In this document: piece by piece, positions 40,303 through 49,150 of the stretch
Layout of the letters: the number at the start of each line of letters is the position of its first letter
How positions within the stretch are numbered: the stretch's first letter is position 1
Origin: an uncultured Planctomycetaceae bacterium
GTDB lineage: Bacteria > Planctomycetota > Phycisphaerae > SM23-33
Assembly: GCA_964521005.1 (NCBI GenBank)
Contig: CAZFPT010000001.1
Span: 3,122-67,121 of the forward strand
DNA length: 64,000 bases
Reading direction: 5' to 3'
Notes under the pieces: generated by a model
The model's input: only the letters and a program-made list of their open reading frames with translations
Told to the model about the DNA's origin: nothing
Databases searched by the model: none
Made by a program: the position numbers and the translations under genes

Positions 40303-40761
40303 CCGCACCGCCCCCGGCCGGATGCGAATTTTATTGAGGCGGCCGTAGGGCTGGCGAACCGTCGGCTGCAGGCGAGGCAAACGCTTGCAGGCCAAGGCGC
40401 TGTGTGTGACAGGAGACACCCGGCAGGCAGAGCGGGAAGACGGTTTGCCGGCGGAATGTCTCGGCCCTGTTCGCGTCCCCGTTTCGCCGGCAATCCGCCT
40501 CGTTTGCCTCACTGGTCGGCAGGTATCGGAATGAAACGCTTTCTGAGCGGCGATGCTCCTGGCGAAACGCGCCCGACGGATCGCCAGCCCTACAAGCTTT
40601 GACCCCATGACCGCGCCGTCGCCGGCCCGGCTGGGTGCTTGCGAAACCGCTCGATCCCTGCCATGATGGCGTTCTGAAGGATCCGCATGCGGGCCGACCC
40701 GAATTTCCGCCGGGCGCGTTGAAGAAACGGCGCCCCGCGCGCGTCGGCACCGTTGGTACCC

Positions 40762-43700
40762 ATGACTTACAGGAGACTGATCGTGACGCATTTCTCTCGC
40801 TGGATCGCACCGTTTGTTTTGCTGGGCGTCGCTGCGCTGGTTGTGGCCCCCGCCGCCGGTAGACCTGTTCCCGAGAAGCTGCAGAAGACCTCGCTTGCCA
40901 AGGTGCTGGATACGTCGTCCAGTATCGAGGACTTCATGCTTACCCTCTCCGGCGGCGTCTTCACCGAGAAGGTCAATCGCACCACGGGCAAGGGACAGCG
41001 GGTGACCAAGGACCTGAGGCTGTATTTCAAGCGTCAGGACGGCGAGTGGCTGGCGAATGTCTCGGGCGTGGCTTCGGGGTTCAACCAGGCCGCCACGAGA
41101 GGCAAGATTCTCCCCGACAAGTCGGACAAGAACACCGTGGCGATGATGCTGAACATCGGCTCGGATCGCTGGGTCGAGGGCGACGCGTCCGCCCCGTACA
41201 CCATCGAGATCCGCATCGCCGACGGCAAGGTGGAGGGGACCTACAAGGGCACCTTCCAGGGCCATGCCGTCGAGGGCGAGGTCTCCGGCGTGGTGCGAAC
41301 CGGCGGCTGGGTAAACTGCACGGAGAAAGACGGCGTGATCCACGTCGAGCTGAACCTGGGTACCAAGCGGGTCAACTGGAACAACGCGCGATGGGCCGTC
41401 AACGACCTCGGCCTGCCGGTGAACATGAGCGAGCACGACGGGCTGGTCTTGACCGTCGAGACCGACAAGCCCCGCCACGACGCGTGGGTGGACGTCGGGC
41501 TCATGGAGAACGACGGCTCGTGGTACTACCTCCGCGACGCAGCCCCGCTGACGCAGAAATCGCAGACGGTCGTGATCGACTTTGACGACTTCCGACACGC
41601 CGAGTGGATATTCAACGCTGCCGGGACGGGTCCCGGGGCGGACGGGAACTTCGACGAGGACTTCCACCTCGATCGCAAGAACATCGCGCGGATTGCCATC
41701 GGCACGGTGAACGCCAACGGCGTGGGAACCGTCAAGTTCCGCGTGACCGATATCTCGCTGGGCAAGTGGAAGACGACGTCGCCGGATCCCGACAAGGTCA
41801 CCGTCAGCGGACAGACGTACACCGTCAACGGCACCGGACAGGTCCCCGACGGGATCTTCGGGTTCCACACCGCCGGCGGAAGCGACGGCCAGGTGTCCGA
41901 CCTTCGCGTGGGCAGCCTTCGGCCGTTGCGGGCGATGGCCGGTGGCGGGGCGTTTGTCGCTCCCCCCAACCCCAAGGCCGACGTGTTCCTGCGCGTCTCC
42001 ACGAACTACGACCGTCGCCAGCAGGTCCCGCCGGCCGACTGGGGCGCCGATTGGGCCCGCAAATGCAAGTCGGTCGGGCAGAAGCTCGGCCAGGCCGCCA
42101 AACCCTACGGAGACCAGGTGGCGGTGGAGTGGTGGAACGAGCCTTACCTCGACCTCGGCCGAATGCTGCCCGGCAGCGTTGCCCGCAACGCCGACAAGGA
42201 CCAGGACCGCACCCCGGGCAAGCCCGTGTACATGCACGGGAGGAAGCTCGAATCGATGGTCTGGACGAAGGTGGACGGCAAGGTCGTACCGCGAGATCCG
42301 AGCCGGTTCACCTACTGGTCGGGCCGGCAGTTGGGGATCTTCTACACCGACTCGTTTGAGATCGTCGCCGCCGAAGCCAAGAAGATCGCCCCCGAGATGC
42401 ACATGGTCGGCGGGTTCGGGTTCCGCTGGCAGGAAGACGACTGGGCCGCCTGGAACCTGCTCTACAAGCCGATGATCGACCAGACCATCGAGAATCTCGA
42501 CGGGGTCTGTGAGCACCACTACCAGGGACACACCGACGCGATGGCCGCCTCCTATGAGGTGCTCGTCGCCTACGGGATGGCCAAGCACGGCAAGCGACTG
42601 ATCGCCTACAACACCGAAACCAACGACCTCTGGGACGCACCGGCCCGGGGGCGGTCTGCCGCCACCACGCAATTCGGCGGGAAGTTCAAGTCCCGCAAGC
42701 GACTGATCTACAACGTCCGGGACATTCTTTACTGTGCCATCGAAACGCCCGACAAGATCCGGGCCCGGGCGATCCATGCCCTCTGGGGTGGCGCGAAGGA
42801 CAACCGCGTTAAGATCGGCCAGGAGATCCGCGACCGGAAAGGCCGGGTCAAGCTCACCGTCACCGGCACCAAGTGGGCCGACTCGGCGACGCTCGGCGAT
42901 CAGAACATCACCGCCGAGAAGGGCAAAACGCTGCTGATTCTGGATGTCAAGGCCTGGTCGAATCGCGGCGGAGCCGTCGGGCTGGGCGAAGTCACCGCGA
43001 AGATCGGAAGCGCGACCACCAAGGCCCCCGCGACGGCAGGCAGTTTGCCCGGAAAGCTCAAGAAGAATCAGACCGTCGAGGCGCAGATCGCCTTCGTGTT
43101 GCCTGCCGCAGCCAAGAGCGACGGCATCGTTACCTGGAACCCGGGACGCGGCATGCGGAACATCGTCCACGTCCACGGGCCGTTCGGCGAGGCCGACATC
43201 GCGCCGCACCGCCGGGCGGGCATCGACGAGGGCGAGTACGTCGCCCTGCAGTTCCTCAAGGAGCTTCGCGGAAGTCTGGTTGCCGCCGAGTCCAGCGATG
43301 AGATGATCTGGGTGGCGTCGAGCATCGACCCGCGAAGCAAGGCGTTGGTGGCCGTGGTGTACAACGACGACTACAAGACGCGTTCGCCGGCCGTCCAGCT
43401 CAAGGCCCCGGCGGGGACGTCCTTCGTGAGTGGCGCGGTGGAGTACCTCGTGCATGGCGACGACGGCGATGTGGGCATCCGCACCGAGAAGATCCAGCGC
43501 GTCGGGGACAAGGCCTGTGCGGTGGATCTCAAGCTGCCGGCCGCCCATGCCGCCAAGATCGTGTTGCGGCTGAAGGGGTCGCTGCCCGACAGCGCCGATC
43601 TCAAACGCACGCAGACATTCTGCAAGGCCCCGAGCAAAGACGTCGACCCCATCCTGCATGAGATGGCCCCCGGCGAGTCGCTCTCGCTGCCGATCGCGCT

Positions 43701-43965
43701 TTCGGGCGATGCTCACCAGAGCAGGCGGGCGTGGATTCGCCTGGTGGTCGAACGCGTGGGCCCCGGCGAGGGCACGGTGGAAATCGGCGGCAGGACGTTC
43801 GCCATTCCCCGCGCTCACACGCCGTGCAATGGCCCGTACATCCGAAACATCGAGATCGACCCGGACCTGCTCAAGGGCGTCAAGGAACTGACGTTCAAAG
43901 CCGCCGACGCCACCAACGGCAACGGGTTCCTGCTGGGGATGGCCTCGATCGTGACCGAGAAATAG
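40762..43965 (+). CDS. large secreted protein, possible clan GH-A glycoside hydrolase core
   Basis: Signal peptide (...FVLLGVAALVVAPAAG) and an acid/base-like 'WWNEPYLDLG' motif. An alternative GTG start at 40783 has an AGGAG RBS. The track ORF uses TTG at 40753. Confidence 0.45.
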   Translation: MTYRRLIVTHFSRWIAPFVLLGVAALVVAPAAGRPVPEKLQKTSLAKVLDTSSSIEDFMLTLSGGVFTEKVNRTTGKGQRVTKDLRLYFKRQDGEWLANVSGVASGFNQAATRGKILPDKSDKNTVAMMLNIGSDRWVEGDASAPYTIEIRIADGKVEGTYKGTFQGHAVEGEVSGVVRTGGWVNCTEKDGVIHVELNLGTKRVNWNNARWAVNDLGLPVNMSEHDGLVLTVETDKPRHDAWVDVGLMENDGSWYYLRDAAPLTQKSQTVVIDFDDFRHAEWIFNAAGTGPGADGNFDEDFHLDRKNIARIAIGTVNANGVGTVKFRVTDISLGKWKTTSPDPDKVTVSGQTYTVNGTGQVPDGIFGFHTAGGSDGQVSDLRVGSLRPLRAMAGGGAFVAPPNPKADVFLRVSTNYDRRQQVPPADWGADWARKCKSVGQKLGQAAKPYGDQVAVEWWNEPYLDLGRMLPGSVARNADKDQDRTPGKPVYMHGRKLESMVWTKVDGKVVPRDPSRFTYWSGRQLGIFYTDSFEIVAAEAKKIAPEMHMVGGFGFRWQEDDWAAWNLLYKPMIDQTIENLDGVCEHHYQGHTDAMAASYEVLVAYGMAKHGKRLIAYNTETNDLWDAPARGRSAATTQFGGKFKSRKRLIYNVRDILYCAIETPDKIRARAIHALWGGAKDNRVKIGQEIRDRKGRVKLTVTGTKWADSATLGDQNITAEKGKTLLILDVKAWSNRGGAVGLGEVTAKIGSATTKAPATAGSLPGKLKKNQTVEAQIAFVLPAAAKSDGIVTWNPGRGMRNIVHVHGPFGEADIAPHRRAGIDEGEYVALQFLKELRGSLVAAESSDEMIWVASSIDPRSKALVAVVYNDDYKTRSPAVQLKAPAGTSFVSGAVEYLVHGDDGDVGIRTEKIQRVGDKACAVDLKLPAAHAAKIVLRLKGSLPDSADLKRTQTFCKAPSKDVDPILHEMAPGESLSLPIALSGDAHQSRRAWIRLVVERVGPGEGTVEIGGRTFAIPRAHTPCNGPYIRNIEIDPDLLKGVKELTFKAADATNGNGFLLGMASIVTEK

Positions 43966-44136
43966 TCCGAGCTTGCATCGGCAGCCGGAGCAAACGCTCC
44001 GATTGCCAGGGAAAGCAGCGGGTCGGCCTGCGGGTTGGCCCGCTGTTTTTGTCGTTGTGGCTGCGGGGTCGCATGGGCTTCCAGCCGATGTTCCCTCTTC
44101 ACGCCAACTCCGTGACTCCTTTTCACCTTCGGTGAA

Positions 44137-44431
44137 CCTGCGTGTCGGCAGACACGGCCTGGAAGGCCGTGCGACGGTAAGCGTCGCATGGGCTTCGGAG
44201 CCCATGGTCTGTTCTGTTTTCGTCTTCGTCTTCGGCGATGCGCCCGCAACAAGTTGCGAGCCCTACAGCTGGCCCTGCAATTCTGTTTCGCCTTCGGCAA
44301 CCCTGCGTGTCGGCAGACACGGCCTGGAAGGCCGTGCGACGGTAAGCGTCGCATGGGCTTCGGAGCCCATGGTCTGTTCTGTTTTCGTCTTCGTCTTCGG
44401 CGATGCGCCCGCAACAAGTTGCGAGCCCTAC
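44137..44431 (+). repeat. 165-bp-period tandem duplication of a 130-bp hairpin-rich element (two full copies; 34-bp partial third copy at 44682-44715)
   Basis: Copies 44137-44266 and 44302-44431 are near-identical. Each contains the hairpins gtgtc-ggca-gacac, ggcc-tggaa-ggcc, cgacg-gtaag-cgtcg, catgggct-tcgg-agcccatg and cgcaac-aa-gttgcg. Confidence 0.75.
44187..44235 (+). terminator. intrinsic terminator-like hairpin + U-tract inside repeat copy 1 (second identical copy at 44352-44400)
   Basis: 8-bp stem CATGGGCT/AGCCCATG with a UCGG loop, then GTCTGTTCTGTTTTCGTCTTCGTCTTCGG. Confidence 0.45.
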
Positions 44432-44441
44432 GGTTGACCGA

Positions 44442-44509
44442 CCCCAACCAAGGGCGCCCGGCGTTGTGCAGCGACCCCCCAACCAAGGGTGCCCGGCGTT
44501 GTGCAGCGA
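44442..44509 (+). repeat. 35-bp-period tandem repeat (CCCCAACCAAGGGYGCCCGGCGTTGTGCAGCGA x2)
   Basis: Two copies at 44442-44474 and 44477-44509. Nearby is a 21-bp direct repeat CCGGCACAGCCCCGGGCACCC at 44617 and 44718. Confidence 0.6.
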
Positions 44510-44806
44510 GCCCAAGCGAGCTGAGCAACCCGGTTGGTCCGGATCGCGCTGCAGGTAGTGGTCTGACATCGCGACAGCCGGGTTGCTCCGTTCCTCCCTC
44601 GCTGCGCTCGGTCCGACCGGCACAGCCCCGGGCACCCGAAGTTTCGTTAGGTTCCAAGGAGTGATCGTCCCGCATCCACCTGCGATGCGCCCGCAACAAG
44701 TTGCGAGCCCTACGGCACCGGCACAGCCCCGGGCACCCTTGGTGGAGGCAGGACGCCCGCTGAGGCCGAAGCATACCGCCGCTTGTCGGGCCGCCCCGCC
44801 GGTCGC

Positions 44807-45757
44807 CTACTTCTTTCGGCCGCGTTTGGGAGCCTTCTTGGTCGCCGATTTCTTGCGGGTCTTCTTGGAGGCGGGCTTCTCTTCGCCCTTGGCGGCAGAG
44901 GTCTTCTTCTTGACCTTCTTCCTGCGGACCTTCTTGGCCGCCTTCTTGGCCTTCTTGGCCTTCTTGGCGACCTTTCGGCTGGCTTTGCGTTTGGGCTTGG
45001 GGGCTTTGTCCCGGTGGACGGCGTCGTACGCCCGGGCCGGTCGCCCCGCCAGTGTTCCCTCGCCGGTGGAGTCGTGGTCGGCCAATGCTGCCGGGGGCGG
45101 CGGGCCCATCTCGGGTGGCGACGCTTCGACGATCACCCGCACGGTCTCCTCCAGGCTGTCGGTGAGCGTGAAAAGGTCCATGTCCTCGGCGTCGATCTTG
45201 GCATGGCCGCTGTCGAGCATCGTCTCGCGGACCCAGTCGATCAGCCCGGACCAGTAACTCCGCCCGATGAGCACCACCGGGAAACGCATGCTCTTGCCGG
45301 TCTGGATCAGTGTCATCGAGTTGAAAAACTCGTGCAGCGTTCCGAACCCGCCCGGGAAGCACACAAACGCGTTGGCGTACTTCACGAACATCACCAGCCG
45401 GGCGAAGAAGTAGCGGAAGTCCAGCCGTACGTCCGCCCAGGGATTGGCGTTCTGCTCCATCGGCAGGTTGATGTTCAGCCCCACCGAGAGGCCGTTGGCG
45501 TCGTGGGCGCCGCGGTTGGCCGCCTCCATGATGCCCGGCCCGCCGCCGGTGATGATGCCGTACCCCTCGTTGCACAGCATGCTGGCGAGTTTGCGTGCCC
45601 GCCGGTAGTCCGAGGCGCTGCGGGGCGTGCGGGCGGACCCGAAAATACTGACGGCCGGTCCGACGCGGCTCATGGTCTCGAAGCCCTCGACGAACTCGCT
45701 CATGATACGGAAAACGCGCCAGGGATCCTCGTTCACAAAGTGAGGCAGATTCGACAT
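44807..45757 (-). CDS. LOG-family (TIGR00730; cytokinin riboside 5'-monophosphate phosphoribohydrolase / 'lysine decarboxylase-like') protein fused to C-terminal histone H1-like Lys-rich tail
   Basis: LOG motifs 'IFGSAR', 'GGGPGIMEA' and 'PGGFGTLHEFF'. The C-terminal ~70 aa are 'KRKASRKVAKKAKKAKKAAKKVRRKKVKKK...'. Start is MSNLPHF (M18), with a GAGAGGA RBS. Confidence 0.7.
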   Translation of the reverse strand: MSNLPHFVNEDPWRVFRIMSEFVEGFETMSRVGPAVSIFGSARTPRSASDYRRARKLASMLCNEGYGIITGGGPGIMEAANRGAHDANGLSVGLNINLPMEQNANPWADVRLDFRYFFARLVMFVKYANAFVCFPGGFGTLHEFFNSMTLIQTGKSMRFPVVLIGRSYWSGLIDWVRETMLDSGHAKIDAEDMDLFTLTDSLEETVRVIVEASPPEMGPPPPAALADHDSTGEGTLAGRPARAYDAVHRDKAPKPKRKASRKVAKKAKKAKKAAKKVRRKKVKKKTSAAKGEEKPASKKTRKKSATKKAPKRGRKK

Positions 45758-45942
45758 GTCGTCCTCTCGTTGTTGTGGATGATAATGTACGGAAACGGCG
45801 ATCTTCACAGACTATATCGGCAAATCGCTCGCGGGGCGACACGCTTTTGCCCTCGCGCGGACGAATCGCCGCCGCCCGTCGCGTCGCAGCGTTGACAAAC
45901 GGCCTGTTATCGTGCCTAATCTTCACCATGCGAGAGAACACA

Positions 45943-46755
45943 ATGACATGCTGGCTTCGCTGGATGTGCCTGGCCGCGACGGCTGCCACCGTCGGCTGTG
46001 GCGGCGAATACAAGATGACCGTCCCCGATGCCGTCGCCCCCGCCGGCGAGGAGGCGCCCATCGTCGTACGCCTCCAGCGGAACGACTTTCTCATTCTCGA
46101 CATGGCCGTCGAGCAGGTCCCCATCGGTCTGCAGGTGGACGACGCCCAGCAACGCTACGCCTACACCGACAAGTTCGGCTACGCGGGCACGCTCGTACCC
46201 GTCCCCGATGAGCCGGGCATGTACCCGCTGGAACTCTACCACCAGGACTCCGACGAGGGCGACGAGGTCCGCGGCACCGGACGCGTCTACGTCTGGGATC
46301 CGAATCGCCCCGTCGTCGCGGTGGACCTCGACTGTCTGCCGCTGGCCGGCGATGGCAGGGCGGCCGAGGCCCTTACCCGCTGGGCGAGCCAGGCCCATAT
46401 CGCCTATTTCACGCGCGAGCCGGTCTCCGAGCATGCAGGCCTTCATCGCGTGCTCGCCTCGGGCGGCTACCCCGACGGGCCGATCCTGCTGTGGAAACGC
46501 CAGCGATGGCACATCACGCGGGGCACGTGGAACATCCCGAAGATCGTGGTCGAGTCCCGCCTGGTCAGCCAGCTCAGCGAACTGCGAAAGACATTCCCAG
46601 CCCTGAAGACCGGCCTGGCGGGCTGCTCGCTGAGTGCCCAGACCTTCCAGCAGGCCGGCATGCGAACGGTGGTCGTTGGCGAAACGGACGTGGAGGGCGA
46701 GGTTCGCCGGGTGCCCGACTGGTCGGGCGTCTCGGAGATCGACCCGGCCCGTTAG
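45943..46755 (+). CDS. hypothetical lipoprotein
   Basis: Lipobox 'AATVGCGG' after a hydrophobic leader. No recognisable family. Confidence 0.4.
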   Translation: MTCWLRWMCLAATAATVGCGGEYKMTVPDAVAPAGEEAPIVVRLQRNDFLILDMAVEQVPIGLQVDDAQQRYAYTDKFGYAGTLVPVPDEPGMYPLELYHQDSDEGDEVRGTGRVYVWDPNRPVVAVDLDCLPLAGDGRAAEALTRWASQAHIAYFTREPVSEHAGLHRVLASGGYPDGPILLWKRQRWHITRGTWNIPKIVVESRLVSQLSELRKTFPALKTGLAGCSLSAQTFQQAGMRTVVVGETDVEGEVRRVPDWSGVSEIDPAR

Positions 46756-46770
46756 ACCCGCCCCGGCAGC

Positions 46771-46820
46771 GCAAAAACAAAACGACCCGAAGCCGTCCTG
46801 GCCTCGGGTCGTTTCTCGTT
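46771..46820. terminator. bidirectional intrinsic terminator between convergent lipoprotein and thioredoxin-like genes
   Basis: 11-bp stem with 1 mismatch (gacccgaagcc / ggcctcgggtc) and loop gtcct. It is flanked by an A-tract (gcaaaaacaaaac) upstream and a T-tract (gtttctcgtt) downstream, so it reads as a U-tract on both strands. Confidence 0.6.
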
Positions 46821-46841
46821 GGTGTTCGGTAGTCTCTTCGA

Positions 46842-47897
46842 TCAGCCGGCGGCTTCGAGCTGCTCGATGACCTGCTTCAGCTTCCCCGCGATGGGGCTGT
46901 CCGGGTCGGCATCCAGGGCGGTCTTCAGCGCCTGCAGTGCCTTGTCCTGCTGCTGGAGGAACAGATGCGTCTGGCCGAGCATGGCGTAGACCTGCTGTTT
47001 GTGCTCGATCGTTTTGGCTGATTTGGTCAGCTCGATCAGCAGCTTGGACGCCGCCTCCAAATGCTTGAGGGCCTCGGCCTGGTCGGCGGACTGGCGAACC
47101 TGCCCGAAGCGGCGCATCGCCTCGCCCTGCAGCGCCTTCTGGAGGACCTTCTTTTCGTTTTTCGGGTCGAGCTTGCGGATCTTCTCCACCAGCGAGTCGA
47201 TCCGATCTTCCGCCTTGTCCCTGGCCTTCTTGTCCTCTGCCGTCGCGTGGGTCTTCCAGGCATCCTGCAGCAGAACGAAGGACGCCTTCCCCGCGTCGCC
47301 CTTCTTGTTTTCGGGGTCCAGCTTGCGAACGCGCTGGGCCGCCTCGGCCGCCTTGTCCATCTTGTTGACCTCGGCGTAGATCTTCATTGCCCGGGCCTGG
47401 AAGTCGTAATCGTCCTTCTTGGCGGTCTTGGCATCCTTCTGGAACTGCTTCCAGCGCTTGTGGACCTTCCGCGATTTGGCGAGTTCGTCGACGAACCGGT
47501 CGGGCTTGACGTAGCCGCTGATGGTGCCCATGACGATCCCGTCCGGGGTTACCATCGCCAGGAACGGGTAGCCGGACCCGCCGTATTTCTGCATCAGGTC
47601 GCGGTTGATCTTCGCCTGCTTGCTGGGCTCCTGGCCGCGGGGGACGGTGCAGTCCAGACTGGCGGGCACGAAGTGCTCCAGCGCCTTCTTCGCCTTCTCG
47701 TCGGTGTAGGTGTCTTCCTCGATCTTCCGACACCAACTGCACCAGTCGGTGGTGAAGTGCAGGTAGAGGGGCTTGTCCTGCTCCTTCGCCTTGGCCAACG
47801 CATCGGCGTAGGTGGACTCGAAGCCCTCGACATTCACCGCAAGCAGCGGGCTGGCGAGCATGGCGGTAAGCACTACGGTCAGTACAGAAATTCGCAT
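46842..47897 (-). CDS. secreted thioredoxin-fold protein with helical (TPR-like) C-terminal region
   Basis: Signal peptide 'MRISVLTVVLTAMLASPLLA' and thioredoxin active site 'WCSWC'. Start is M45 of the track ORF. Confidence 0.55.
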   Translation of the reverse strand: MRISVLTVVLTAMLASPLLAVNVEGFESTYADALAKAKEQDKPLYLHFTTDWCSWCRKIEEDTYTDEKAKKALEHFVPASLDCTVPRGQEPSKQAKINRDLMQKYGGSGYPFLAMVTPDGIVMGTISGYVKPDRFVDELAKSRKVHKRWKQFQKDAKTAKKDDYDFQARAMKIYAEVNKMDKAAEAAQRVRKLDPENKKGDAGKASFVLLQDAWKTHATAEDKKARDKAEDRIDSLVEKIRKLDPKNEKKVLQKALQGEAMRRFGQVRQSADQAEALKHLEAASKLLIELTKSAKTIEHKQQVYAMLGQTHLFLQQQDKALQALKTALDADPDSPIAGKLKQVIEQLEAAG

Positions 47898-48049
47898 CGA
47901 TGTTCCTTTCCTGAGGTCAACGTCTCTCTTACACAGCGTATCAGACTCGCGGGGCGTTCCCGGAAATCGTTCTGCAAAAAGCAGGACACGCGGCGAACTG
48001 CCCCGTTTGGCGGCAAAAACGGTACTCACAGCCCGCGTCGGCCATTACA

Positions 48050-49150
48050 ATGGCCCGAATGTCCGACGCTCAGAGACTGGTTGTGTTCCTGCCGAATCCG
48101 GTGGGCGATACGGTGATGGCTACGCCCGTGCTCCGCGCGCTGCGTGAGCATCGCCCCGACGCGCGCATTGTGCACGTCGGTCGACCGCCTGCGCTGGACG
48201 TTCTGAGCGGGTCCCGCTGGGCCGATTCGATGGTGCCGGACCTCACCGCCAAGCGTCCCAAGCTGAGGCACTGGAGGGAGTTGGTCGGCGCCTTCCGCGG
48301 CCGTCGCCCCGAGTTGGCGATCCTCCTGCCCAACAGTCTCCGCCCGGCCCTGGCAGCCTGGCTGGGACGCAGCAGCCGCATCGTCGGCTACGCACGCAAC
48401 GGCAGGGGACTTCTGTTGAGCGACGCGTTAACTGTCCCGCGCGACGAAGACGGCAGCCGACGGGCGATCCCCACCATCGATTACTATCGGGCGATTCTCG
48501 AACACCTGGGAATTCCCTGTCCGTCGCGTCGCATGGAGTTGCCCCTGCGCGATGAAGACGCCCGATCGGCCGATGAAATGCTCGCCGATGCCGGCTGGGA
48601 TGCCCACCGACCGACCGTGATGCTCAACCCGGGCGCCGCCTTCGGAATCAGCAAAATGTGGGCGGCGGAGCGATACGCCGAATTGGCCGACCGGCTCATG
48701 GCGGAGCGCGACGCGCAGGTCATCATCAACGCCGCCCCGTCCGAGAAGCACGTCGCAGCCGCGGTGGCCGAGGCGATGTCCCGCCCGCCGCTGGTGAGCT
48801 TTCACGATCGGGACAACACCATTGGCCTGCTCAAGGGTCTCATCCGCCGGTGCGACCTGCTGGTGACCAACGATACCGGCGCCCGCCACTTCGGGGCCGC
48901 CTTCGGGATCGGCGTGGTCACGTTGTTCGGCAGTACCGATCCTGTCTGGGCCCGGATCGATTACCCGCGCGAGCGGATCGTTCGCGTGGAGGTGCCCTGT
49001 TCCCCGTGTCAGCAGAAGACCTGCCCCAAGCCGCCCGGCGAGGAGTTTCACCGGTGCATGCAGGCCATCACCGTCGCCGGCGTCGCCGAGGCCTGCAGCG
49101 AACTTCTGGACGCCCCCGCCCCCCGTCAGCCCGAGGCAAACCGAGCATGA
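48050..49150 (+). CDS. ADP-heptose:LPS heptosyltransferase (GT9 family)
   Basis: 'LVVFLPNPVGDTVMATPVLRALR', 'LLPNSLR' and 'LVTNDTGARHFGAAFGIGVVTLFG' are classic GT9 RfaF/RfaC motifs. Confidence 0.75.
   Translation: MARMSDAQRLVVFLPNPVGDTVMATPVLRALREHRPDARIVHVGRPPALDVLSGSRWADSMVPDLTAKRPKLRHWRELVGAFRGRRPELAILLPNSLRPALAAWLGRSSRIVGYARNGRGLLLSDALTVPRDEDGSRRAIPTIDYYRAILEHLGIPCPSRRMELPLRDEDARSADEMLADAGWDAHRPTVMLNPGAAFGISKMWAAERYAELADRLMAERDAQVIINAAPSEKHVAAAVAEAMSRPPLVSFHDRDNTIGLLKGLIRRCDLLVTNDTGARHFGAAFGIGVVTLFGSTDPVWARIDYPRERIVRVEVPCSPCQQKTCPKPPGEEFHRCMQAITVAGVAEACSELLDAPAPRQPEANRA

Noticed and set aside
39718-44205. The 1495-aa minus-strand ORF and other very long antisense ORFs (for example 15969..19634, 6414..7949, 57361..59523 and 51199..53133)
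   Set aside because: They are typical GC-rich antisense open frames. They are Arg/Ala/Gly/Pro-rich with no motifs, and they overlap genes with strong family signatures on the opposite strand.
43973-44664. Track ORFs 43973..44437 and 44188..44664 encoding internally repeated peptides
   Set aside because: They are generated by translating the tandem DNA repeat. They have no RBS or start context and overlap terminator hairpins, so they are treated as non-coding.
44137-44740. Possible CRISPR array, given the repeated units with intervening sequence
   Set aside because: Repeat units are about 130 bp with a 35-bp spacer-like gap and only two or three copies. CRISPR repeats are 24-48 bp with many unique spacers. 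No cas genes are nearby. The units contain terminator-like hairpins instead.
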